Source of the DNA: Candidatus Bathyarchaeota archaeon RBG_16_48_13
Lineage (GTDB): Archaea > Thermoproteota > Bathyarchaeia > RBG-16-48-13
Reading direction: 5' to 3'
Assembly (NCBI GenBank): GCA_001775995.1
Contig: MEZH01000006.1
Coordinates: forward strand, 460 to 14,619
Length of the DNA: 14,160 bases
The stretch's first letter is position 1. Every line of letters starts with the position of its first letter. Positions 1 to 7,867 of the stretch are shown in pieces. Under the pieces are notes generated by a model, which was given only the letters and a program-made list of their open reading frames with translations, ran no database searches and had not been told where the DNA came from. Made by a program: the position numbers and the translations under genes.

Positions 1-68
1 GAGAGTCTTGAAAAAAAAGAGTAATATCCCAAAACAATAATTCAACTAGGATAAGCAGGTTTTCGTCC

Positions 69-1709
69 ATGAAAGAGGCGGTAGACTCGGATGTCTATAC
101 TATCCCCTTCATCAGCGAGCTTGGAGAGAAACAGGGGGTCTCCAGAGAGATGGAGCTAGCCATCATCTTTGAGAGAACAGACATTATCTGGAAAAAGGAG
201 AGTTTCCTGGGAAATAAGGAAGAAGATGTGCGTTTTATTGCTCACGGACATTATCCTTTCTGGATTGTATCCCAAAAGAATGGGGTAGCGATATTTGACG
301 GTCTGAAGCAAACGACTTCAAGAATTGTGCATCACAAGATCTCGAATATCGAAACCTTCGTCTCCGACCTGAATGCGACCGGAACGCAGAGGAGTCTTTT
401 CAACCGAGTTCTCATGAGATATAAAGAGATTTTCGGATCATCAATTCAGGAGAAAGAGGAAACCATCTCAGGTCTAATTACTGAAGGAAAACTACTCGAA
501 GATTTCGCTGCTATCCTAGAAGAGCGAAGAAGATGCGACGTTGCGACCTCTCGAAAAGGACTTTTTTTGAACCCGCTGATTTCACGCGAAAATTCTGGCG
601 AAATCCTAGATAGACTGGAGAGCCTGGAGAACGCAACTCTCAAGGAATCCGCAGATTTGGAAAGGGCATCAATGGCGCTAGTTGAGAAGATGAATGAACA
701 AGAGAACCAAATCAACCACGAGATAACTGAGTCAGAAAGGGAAGGCACCCAACAGATCGCTGACACTAAGACCATCGTAGATGAGGAGATTGCGGTGCTT
801 GAGAAGGATCGCGTGGGTGAAATCAAACTGATAATGGATCAATTCGAAGCTGCCAAAAAAGTCCCCCTGGAAAATCTAAGGACCACGGAAAGTGATCTGA
901 AAGGTGCATCGCGACAGCAGACCAGCCTGAAGAGCAGCGTCAAAATCAGCAAGAAGAAAAGGGATCGCGTGAGCGAAAAAGTCTGGAAAAAAAACCTCGG
1001 TTCAACTGAGAAGGAAATGAAGAATCTTGAGAAAGAGAGACGCCACATCATAGAACAGATCGAAGATCTGGAGAGGAAGAAAGAGATCGAGATTCAGAGA
1101 TGCAAAACCTATTTCGAAATTCAAATGGCGGAAAAGATGAAGCCCTTGAAGGACCTGGAAGCGAAAATGAAAACTGAGGTTGAATCCAAACGAGCCGAAC
1201 TGACAGAACTCAAAGGAAACTTTACGAGCCTAAGGGGGATCATTGAACAATACAAAGAAACGCTGAAGCAAGACGCAAAGAAGCTTAGAGAGACTATAAT
1301 GAGCAAGAGCATCGGAGAGACTTTTCTCCTGATGGTACCATTTTACATTTCCTCATTTGAGTCCCGGCGCAAAGAACGCTTTGTGATATTCTCTCCTTCG
1401 ACCTTGGCTAACAAGAAAGGCATCCTGAAATCGCTTCTGCAAAGGGTTGGAAAATCTGAACCGACTATTCGTGCGAGATACGAGGGGATAAGAGAGTTAC
1501 TGGAATCAAAATTCGTCCAATCTATTACTGATGAACTGGGTCTAAGGAGCGAAATTTCCAGAATGGGAGAAAGAGCAAACATCTTGAAAGATGAGGAATT
1601 GAGAATTGCTACTGATCTAGGTTTGGAACAACTTGTTGATCGGGGATTGATATCCGAGAAAAAGCGAAGGGAAATTTCAGATAGTCTCCTCACAAAAAAC
1701 GGTCTATAA
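69..1709 (+). CDS. Hypothetical protein, 546 aa: globular N- and C-terminal regions flanking a long predicted coiled coil
   Basis: Long uninterrupted ORF. Residues ~190-410 are strongly E/K/Q/L-rich and helical. There is no Walker A, transmembrane segment or signal peptide. The stop TAA (1707-1709) directly abuts the glmM ATG. Confidence 0.85.
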   Translation: MKEAVDSDVYTIPFISELGEKQGVSREMELAIIFERTDIIWKKESFLGNKEEDVRFIAHGHYPFWIVSQKNGVAIFDGLKQTTSRIVHHKISNIETFVSDLNATGTQRSLFNRVLMRYKEIFGSSIQEKEETISGLITEGKLLEDFAAILEERRRCDVATSRKGLFLNPLISRENSGEILDRLESLENATLKESADLERASMALVEKMNEQENQINHEITESEREGTQQIADTKTIVDEEIAVLEKDRVGEIKLIMDQFEAAKKVPLENLRTTESDLKGASRQQTSLKSSVKISKKKRDRVSEKVWKKNLGSTEKEMKNLEKERRHIIEQIEDLERKKEIEIQRCKTYFEIQMAEKMKPLKDLEAKMKTEVESKRAELTELKGNFTSLRGIIEQYKETLKQDAKKLRETIMSKSIGETFLLMVPFYISSFESRRKERFVIFSPSTLANKKGILKSLLQRVGKSEPTIRARYEGIRELLESKFVQSITDELGLRSEISRMGERANILKDEELRIATDLGLEQLVDRGLISEKKRREISDSLLTKNGL

Positions 1710-3086
1710 ATGGATCCACAGAGGGAAAACTTGCCAGGTAGACTCTTCGGCACTTCAGGGATAAGAGGCCTTGTCAACAGGGAGATTACCCCATTCTTGA
1801 CCTTGGATGTCGGTTTGTCATTGGCGATGAGGACCCGAAGCGGTCGGATAGCAGTTGGTACCGACACAAGGATCTCAGGTCCGATGCTCGCCAATGCCTT
1901 GGTCTCTGGATTGATAGCGGGGGGATGCGAAGTTCAAGAGTTGGGTATTGTTCCCACTCCTGTTTTGGCATACTTGACGCGAAGCCTGGGCGCGAGCGCA
2001 GGAGTCATGGTGACTGCATCTCACAACCCTCCAGAATATAACGGCATAAAGTTGTTTAACGGCAACTCTATGTCATTCACGGTTCAGCAGCAATTTGAGA
2101 TTGAGAAACTACTCCAAGAGCGCAACTTTGTACATGAACCTTGGGACAAGCTAGGAAGAACCACGGTGTTGGCCGAGACAGCAAGATATATCCAGGAAAT
2201 TGCCAGGAACGTCAATTTTAGAAAACATTGGAGAGTGGTTTTGGATCCTGGTTGCGGAGCCACATATGACGTTGCGCCCAGGGTTTTCTCCCAAATTGGA
2301 TGCAAGATAAATTCGATGAATGCTCAGCCAGACGGGAATTTTCCGGGCAGGAGCCCTGAACCCTCACCTGAGAACATAAAGGATCTGTGCGCTTTTGTCA
2401 GGGAGAGTGGAGCAGATGTAGGGTTCGCATATGATGGAGATGGGGATCGCTTCACCGTAGTGGGGGAAGATGGGGTAGCTCTTTCGCTTGATCAAGTTTT
2501 GGCGGCTTACGCGATGCATTTAACAAAGAAAAAGGGCGGAGGACTTGTCGTAACGACGGTAGAAGCGTCTATGATGGTAGAAGAGGCGGTCAGATCGGTT
2601 GGAGGAGAAATCGAGAGGACAGCCGTCGGCGATGTGAACGTGGCTGCTTCAGTTCACGATCACAAGGCCATTTTTGGGGGGGAGCCCTGTGGTGCTTGGA
2701 TTCATCCAGAACAACATTTCGCCCCTGATGGCATACTCTCATCCCTTTTGTTCCTCAAAGCACTAGACGATATGAGATTGAGCGCTTCTGAGTTCGTCGG
2801 TTCAATGCCAAGGTACGCGACAATACGAGGTAAGTTTAATTGCCCAAATGAAAGAAAAACTGATGTGATGACTCGGATTGCCAAGCTCTTGCCGCCTTCT
2901 TTTCCAGGGATCCTGGGTGAAGAATCGACGGATGGTCTTCGTTTTGTCCTAGAAGAAGGATGGATTTTGGTGAGACCTTCAGGAACTGAACCCCTTTTAC
3001 GGATGACTGTTGAGGCCAAGACTGCTTCAATAGCTAAGGAAATATACCGATTGGCCAATAAGGTGATCGGAGAGATCATTCAATGA
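1710..3086 (+). CDS. glmM: Phosphoglucosamine mutase (archaeal alpha-D-phosphohexomutase)
   Basis: It has N-terminal LFGTSGIRG, the phosphoserine loop VTASHNPPEYNG, the metal loop DGDGDR, the sugar loop GGEPCG and C-terminal LVRPSGTEP. It is adjacent to glmU. PMM/PGM activity cannot be excluded. Confidence 0.9.
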   Translation: MDPQRENLPGRLFGTSGIRGLVNREITPFLTLDVGLSLAMRTRSGRIAVGTDTRISGPMLANALVSGLIAGGCEVQELGIVPTPVLAYLTRSLGASAGVMVTASHNPPEYNGIKLFNGNSMSFTVQQQFEIEKLLQERNFVHEPWDKLGRTTVLAETARYIQEIARNVNFRKHWRVVLDPGCGATYDVAPRVFSQIGCKINSMNAQPDGNFPGRSPEPSPENIKDLCAFVRESGADVGFAYDGDGDRFTVVGEDGVALSLDQVLAAYAMHLTKKKGGGLVVTTVEASMMVEEAVRSVGGEIERTAVGDVNVAASVHDHKAIFGGEPCGAWIHPEQHFAPDGILSSLLFLKALDDMRLSASEFVGSMPRYATIRGKFNCPNERKTDVMTRIAKLLPPSFPGILGEESTDGLRFVLEEGWILVRPSGTEPLLRMTVEAKTASIAKEIYRLANKVIGEIIQ

Positions 3087-4351
3087 AGGCCGTTGTCTCA
3101 GCCGCGGGTGAAGGCGTTCGGATGAGCCCTCTCACGCGCAACAGATCAAAGCATATGCTACCGGTCGGCGGAAAACCCATCCTGCACCACGTTCTCGAGA
3201 CGATAAAGAGGTGCGGAATAAAGGAAATATTGATGGTTGTTGGCTACAAGAAGGAGGTAATAAGAGACTATTTCCAAGACGGGACCGACATGGGTCTCCG
3301 AATCACCTATCTCTTTCAAGAAAGAGCTCTCGGAACGGCTAGCGCAGTGATTCTTGCTGAAGACCATGTCAACGAAGACTTCCTAGGGGTTAACGGTGAT
3401 CTCCTCTTCACGGATGAAGCCCTGCGAACACTCCTTAAAGCGCATAAGGGGAAACCTGCGGCCACAATTGCTTCCGCAAAGGTAGATGAACCCAGCAACT
3501 ATGGAATGATTGAGCGCGATGGCGACAGAGTGACCAGGCTCGTCGAGAAGCCAAGATCCGATGACGTGTCAAACAAGTTGGCTAATACTGGCATGTACGT
3601 GTTTTCTCCAGAGATCTTCAAGTCCATCAAAGAAATATCCCGATCCATCCGAGGAGAATATGAATTAACAGACGCTATAATGCGTCTCATAGAAAAAGGG
3701 AACATCGTGAAGACTGCAGAGATCCAAGCGAAAGACTGGTTCGATGTCGGCAGGCCGTGGGACCTTCTGGAAGCAAACAGGAGGGCCATTTTGCAGTCAG
3801 ACTTCAAAATTGAAGGGATTGTTGAAGAAGGCGCTCACCTTGTGGGACCTGTCAAGGTTGGGCGGGGGGCGAGAGTCAGATCAGGTGCCTATGTCGAGGG
3901 GCCTTCAATAATCGGAGATGAGAGCGACGTGGGCCCAAATTGCTATATCCGTTTCCATACCACCTTGGGAAAGGGTACCAGAATAGGAAATGCTTGTGAA
4001 GTCAAGAACAGCTTGATAATGGATGGAACGCACGTGGGTCATCTTTCATACATAGGGGACAGCGTGATAGGCTCTGAATGCAATCTGGGGGCAGGGACGC
4101 TCCTAGGGAATCTAAGGCTTGATGATAAGACGGTGAAGGTCAAGGTCAGAGACCGGGTAATTGACAGCGGCAGAAGAAAATTAGGTGCCATAATCGGTGA
4201 TAAGGTCAAGACAGGGATCAACGCCAGCCTGATGCCGGGAGTCAAAGTTGGTAACAACAGCTGGGTAGGCCCCGGCGTGGTATTACATGAAGACTTACCA
4301 GATGACGTCGTAATATTTCAGAAGCAATCATTTGAGGTCAAGCCTATCTAA
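3083..4351 (+). CDS. glmU: Bifunctional sugar-1-phosphate nucleotidylyltransferase/acetyltransferase (archaeal GlmU)
   Basis: The NTase domain contains AAGEGVRMSPLT..SK..LPVGGKP, LGTA, NGD, EKP and W.DVGRPWDLL. A left-handed beta-helix with hexapeptide repeats follows (VGPNCYIR, HVGHLSYIGDS, GDKVKTGINA). There is an ATGA overlap with the glmM stop. Confidence 0.9.
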   Translation: MKAVVSAAGEGVRMSPLTRNRSKHMLPVGGKPILHHVLETIKRCGIKEILMVVGYKKEVIRDYFQDGTDMGLRITYLFQERALGTASAVILAEDHVNEDFLGVNGDLLFTDEALRTLLKAHKGKPAATIASAKVDEPSNYGMIERDGDRVTRLVEKPRSDDVSNKLANTGMYVFSPEIFKSIKEISRSIRGEYELTDAIMRLIEKGNIVKTAEIQAKDWFDVGRPWDLLEANRRAILQSDFKIEGIVEEGAHLVGPVKVGRGARVRSGAYVEGPSIIGDESDVGPNCYIRFHTTLGKGTRIGNACEVKNSLIMDGTHVGHLSYIGDSVIGSECNLGAGTLLGNLRLDDKTVKVKVRDRVIDSGRRKLGAIIGDKVKTGINASLMPGVKVGNNSWVGPGVVLHEDLPDDVVIFQKQSFEVKPI

Positions 4352-4358
4352 GATAGGC
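4342..4358. repeat. Perfect inverted repeat GCCTATCT-A-AGATAGGC centred on the glmU stop codon
   Basis: Read directly: 8-bp arms with a 1-nt spacer, or a 7-bp stem with TAA as the loop. Function unknown. Confidence 0.8.
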
Positions 4359-4381
4359 GGGAGAACATTGATCTTGCGCCG

Positions 4382-4389
4382 TTTAGATT
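4382..4389 (+). promoter_or_regulatory. Candidate TATA box (TTTAGATT) for the corrinoid gene
   Basis: It lies 26-33 nt upstream of ATG 4415. An SD-like GAGGT is at 4404-4408. The T5 run at 4388-4392 could alternatively terminate glmU. Confidence 0.35.
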
Positions 4390-4414
4390 TTTCTCAAACC
4401 CTCGAGGTCGGTCT

Positions 4415-5041
4415 ATGTCTCTGATAGAGTTGAAGCAGGCAGTGATTGAGGGAAACTCAAAGATGGCTAGAGCGTTAGCCAAGCAGGTAGTGGAAAACCC
4501 CAGCGAAATAGATCATGCCATAGATCAGGGAATCAAGAAGGCGTTGGAGACTGTCGGCGTAAGATTCGCCAAAGGAGAATATTTCATCCCGGACGTCATG
4601 CTCTCGGTTCTGGCAGCCAACGCAGCCTTCAAGATCTTCAAACCCTTCTTTAAGAGACAGGGGGCATCAGTAGGCACTGTTCTAATGGGTACGGTGGAAG
4701 GAGACATTCACGACATAGGTAAGAACATTGCCATAGCCCTACTGCAGGCAGGTGGTTTCGAGGTTGTGGATTTGGGAGTTGACGTGCCCCCCAGCCAGTT
4801 TGTTTCCAAGATAAGGAAACTCAAACCCCAAGTAGTAGGGCTGTCTGCACTTCTATCAACTGCTCTCACTTCGATAGAGAGAACCGTTGTGGAAATAAAG
4901 GAAGCGGGATTGAGGGACAAGGTCAAGATCATGGTGGGCGGAAGTGCAGTGACTCCAGAATTCGCCAAGGAAATTGGTGCTGACGGTTATGGAGCCGATG
5001 CAACAGATGCCCCTAAGCTAGCCCAAGGTTTCATCAAATGA
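4415..5041 (+). CDS. Methyltransferase-cognate corrinoid (cobalamin-binding) protein, MttC/MtbC/MtgC-like
   Basis: N-terminal helical cap (VG.RF..GEYFIPDV), followed by the B12 motif GTVEGDIHDIGKN (DxHxxG), LGVDVP, SALLST and MVGGS. It is 208 aa with no catalytic methyltransferase domain. Confidence 0.92.
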   Translation: MSLIELKQAVIEGNSKMARALAKQVVENPSEIDHAIDQGIKKALETVGVRFAKGEYFIPDVMLSVLAANAAFKIFKPFFKRQGASVGTVLMGTVEGDIHDIGKNIAIALLQAGGFEVVDLGVDVPPSQFVSKIRKLKPQVVGLSALLSTALTSIERTVVEIKEAGLRDKVKIMVGGSAVTPEFAKEIGADGYGADATDAPKLAQGFIK

Positions 5042-5066
5042 AAAACACCCAGCGAGTTGTGGAAGA

Positions 5067-5360
5067 ATGGAAAAGAATGAGGCCAAACGCCTATTCCCAA
5101 ATCTCTTAAAAGAGATAGAATGCGAGGAACAGACAGTCGCCATAGGCTCTGTCAGAAGCAACACAAAATCTGGTGAAGAGTACGCATTAGGCGAGCCCCT
5201 CGATGTGATCAGCTATTTGAGGAAGTGCGAGAAGGAAGAGGAAGCTTTGGAAATAATAGGGTATTTTGAAAAGCAGGGGAAGATATCTTCAGAATATGCG
5301 AAGAACCTCAGGATTCAGCTCCTGCAGCAGGGGTTAAGAAGTTTCGGCAAGAAGGACTGA
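5067..5360 (+). CDS. DUF2095-family small archaeal protein
   Basis: The motifs FPNL..E, YLRKCEKEEEALEIIGYFEKQGKIS.EYA..LR and GLRSFG resemble DUF2095 as I recall it. Confidence 0.7.
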   Translation: MEKNEAKRLFPNLLKEIECEEQTVAIGSVRSNTKSGEEYALGEPLDVISYLRKCEKEEEALEIIGYFEKQGKISSEYAKNLRIQLLQQGLRSFGKKD

Positions 5361-5364
5361 AAGG

Positions 5365-6567
5365 CTACATCCGGGCTTTTGTGGCAACGATCTTTATCAC
5401 CGCGCCGTTTTTCAAAGGGTGCTCTTCACCTATTCTCTTTTTGTCGTGGGCATCAATGGCATACAGAAAGCTCTCTCCGAGATCTGTGTGGATGATGTAG
5501 GCAAACTGTCTGGCCGTAGTTCCATCTGGAACGAGAAAAACGTCTGGCAAGATGCGTCCCTTATGGTCTGAAAGGTGCTCCGCATCTTCTACTGGATAGA
5601 CCGCTATCAATTTCAGAAGTTGGAAGAAAGCTTTGTTCATCACTTCCTGAACTCCGGTGGAACTGAACTTAAAGAGAACTCTATTTCTAATGATCTCCAA
5701 AACCTTCCTCTGATCTTCAGTCAAGTCAGTTTTCAGTGCATTGAACGTGGATTCGCCAACATTATAGTCTATGAAGCCTTTATCATGGGCTCTTCTCAAG
5801 GTGAGTTCGGCCTCCGCAGAACATGGAACAACTTGGTAGCCCATTTCTCTAAGCATCTTGGCGTTCTCCTCCGAGTACGGAAGGTCCATCTTGTTCGCGG
5901 CAATTATGAGGGGCTTTGATGCCTTGATGAGTTCACCTGCTAAGCGTATCAGGTCGTCTTCTTTCCATCCGCCAGCCGATGAAGTATTTAGCTCTAAATT
6001 CTTAACGGCACTCAAAATATGGGGTTTCTTGATTAGGAGGCCGCTTAGACGCTCTTCTAAGATATCGATCAAATTCTCTTTGAGCATTTCTATTCTTCGA
6101 ATGGTTTTGGGCCAATCTCTGCTGATGATTTGGTAAAGCCACATCGTCAATTCATGTTCGAGGAACTTGACGTCCTCCAAAGGATCATGTGTTCCGATTT
6201 TAACTTGTCTGCCCTCGAGGTCCGTACCCCCTGACGCATCAATAACATGAATCAAAGCATCGGCTTTTCTGATCTCATCCAAAAACTGGTTACCCAGGCC
6301 ACGACCCTGCCATGCACCGGGTACCAAGCCCGCACAATCAATGATCTCAACAGGGATTAGGCGATCTCCGTTCAAACAAATCGAGTTTCCCGGATTATCT
6401 GTCACGTCGAAGGATCTGCATGCGCATCTGATTTTGAGGTGACCGATCCCGTGATTAGGCTTTATTGTCGTAAAGGGATAGTTTGCAATATCAACGATCT
6501 TCATGGTCGCCGCTGAAAAGAAAGTGGATTTTCCCACGTTTGGTTTGCCAACTATTCCAACCTGCAT
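5365..6567 (-). CDS. ychF: Obg-family P-loop NTPase YchF, archaeal (Ygr210-like) type with C-terminal TGS domain
   Basis: G1 GKPNVGKST, G2 YPFTTI, G3 DCAG, G4 NKMD and TGS motif A..IHTDLGE.F. The start is moved from the ORF-track position 6633 to ATG 6567 (MQVGIVG), where the family alignment begins; this gives 400 aa. Confidence 0.92.
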   Translation of the reverse strand: MQVGIVGKPNVGKSTFFSAATMKIVDIANYPFTTIKPNHGIGHLKIRCACRSFDVTDNPGNSICLNGDRLIPVEIIDCAGLVPGAWQGRGLGNQFLDEIRKADALIHVIDASGGTDLEGRQVKIGTHDPLEDVKFLEHELTMWLYQIISRDWPKTIRRIEMLKENLIDILEERLSGLLIKKPHILSAVKNLELNTSSAGGWKEDDLIRLAGELIKASKPLIIAANKMDLPYSEENAKMLREMGYQVVPCSAEAELTLRRAHDKGFIDYNVGESTFNALKTDLTEDQRKVLEIIRNRVLFKFSSTGVQEVMNKAFFQLLKLIAVYPVEDAEHLSDHKGRILPDVFLVPDGTTARQFAYIIHTDLGESFLYAIDAHDKKRIGEEHPLKNGAVIKIVATKARM

Positions 6568-6694
6568 CGATTGACTTCCTTGCGAAGGGTCGATAAATCT
6601 GATAATCAGGCTTTCCTCAGTGGAACTGAACAACCCTTAGGAATCTTTCAAAATAAGAGTTTCTGTTTGGGGAAAAGTGAGAATTAAGGCAGAG

Positions 6695-6702
6695 TTTAAA
6701 AA
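6695..6702 (+). promoter_or_regulatory. Candidate TATA box (TTTAAAAA) for the hydrogenase operon
   Basis: AT-rich box preceded by purine-rich GGCAGAG, in the divergent ychF/hydB intergenic region. It would give a leader of ~35-50 nt. Confidence 0.45.
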
Positions 6703-6775
6703 TATGATCTTGATACTTAGAAGAAAACAATTGTCTAGGAAGTCTCAGTCATAAATTCAGGTGGTCAACTGGGTC

Positions 6776-7867
6776 ATGCCAAAGATCATGGATGAGAAAG
6801 AACTCCAATCCCTCCTCGGCCTGCTAATCAAGGAATATAGGTTCATAGGCCCGGTCAGGAAGGATTTGGAGACAGGTTTTGGAGAGATAAAATCCTTGAA
6901 AGAATTGGTCAAGGACTACACTAACACCATCGAACCGCCCAAGTACCTGTTCTTGACTCCTCAAGAGACCTTGTTTTCCTATGAAATGAAAAAGGAAGAA
7001 ATCACCATCACCAAGACAGAGGAGCAAGGACACGCAGCTCTCGGAGACAGGCCCTCGCTCTGGAGTGAAGGTATAGCCGTTGAACCTCTCCAAGGAAAGG
7101 CGATTCAACAAGTGATTTTCGGGGTCAGACCGTGTGATGTTCACGGGATCAGGATGATGGATAAGGTCTTCAAAGAGGATTTTGATGACACATATTATCA
7201 GTCGAAAAGGAATAAAACGATCATATTCTCGGTAACCTGCACGTCGGTCTCTGATTACTGCTTCTGCCAGTCATGGGGAACCGGACCTTCGTTGAAAGAT
7301 GGCTTTGACCTTCTTCTAACGGATCTTGGAGACAGGTATCTGATTGAAACAGGCAGCAAAGAAGGGAACGAAATCATCGGCAAGATGAGATTGAGAGACG
7401 CAACACCAATGGAGTTGAAGCAAAAGGCCGCAGTCATAAAGGCAACTGAGGCAAAATTCACGCGGAAACTCAATATCAAAGACATACAGCAAATCATGAT
7501 CAGCCAACCCGAACACCCCACCTGGAAAGACAAAGCAGATCGCTGCTTGAGTTGCGGTAACTGTACGAGTGTCTGTCCCACATGCTACTGTTTTGATGTC
7601 CAAGAAAAGGGCGACTACAATCCTTCAAACATGGAGAGGTATCGGTTGTGGGACTCATGCCAATTATTAGAGTACTCGCAAGTTGCGCTAGGGGGAAATT
7701 TCAGGAGAGAGAGAATCAGTAGATTGAAGCAGTTCATGATGCATAAGCTGAGTTTTTCCTATCCTCAGTATGGAGATTTCCATTGTGTGGGGTGTGGAAG
7801 ATGCATTAAATGGTGCCCCACGAGCATCGACTTGACAGAGGTAGCGAAAGACCTGAGAGGTGAATGA
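6776..7867 (+). CDS. hydB: Group 3b [NiFe]-hydrogenase (sulfhydrogenase) beta subunit, 4Fe-4S ferredoxin type
   Basis: IFGVRPCD, TC..VSDYCFC, CLSCGNCTSVCPTCYC and CVGCGRCIKWCP. The start is ATG 6776 (SD-like GGTGG upstream) or GTG 6761. Confidence 0.9.
   Translation: MPKIMDEKELQSLLGLLIKEYRFIGPVRKDLETGFGEIKSLKELVKDYTNTIEPPKYLFLTPQETLFSYEMKKEEITITKTEEQGHAALGDRPSLWSEGIAVEPLQGKAIQQVIFGVRPCDVHGIRMMDKVFKEDFDDTYYQSKRNKTIIFSVTCTSVSDYCFCQSWGTGPSLKDGFDLLLTDLGDRYLIETGSKEGNEIIGKMRLRDATPMELKQKAAVIKATEAKFTRKLNIKDIQQIMISQPEHPTWKDKADRCLSCGNCTSVCPTCYCFDVQEKGDYNPSNMERYRLWDSCQLLEYSQVALGGNFRRERISRLKQFMMHKLSFSYPQYGDFHCVGCGRCIKWCPTSIDLTEVAKDLRGE

Noticed and set aside
1-24. Possible 3' end of an upstream gene (ESLEKKE-stop)
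   Set aside because: It is too short to support without upstream sequence.
446-1894. Minus-strand ORFs of 126, 70, 63 and 183 aa
   Set aside because: They lie antisense to ORF1 and glmM, are Ser/Phe/Leu-rich as expected for shadows of E/K-rich coding sequence, and have no motifs. The same applies to the other short antisense ORFs inside the genes.
6568-6633. 22-aa N-terminal extension of YchF in the ORF track
   Set aside because: The family begins at MQVGIVGKPN (6567). The extension covers probable promoter sequence.
6568-6775. Search for a SurR-type GTTn3AAC or other long operator upstream of hydB
   Set aside because: No match was found. There are only short palindromes (CTGAT-A-ATCAG 6599-6609, ACAATTGT 6727-6734), which are expected by chance.
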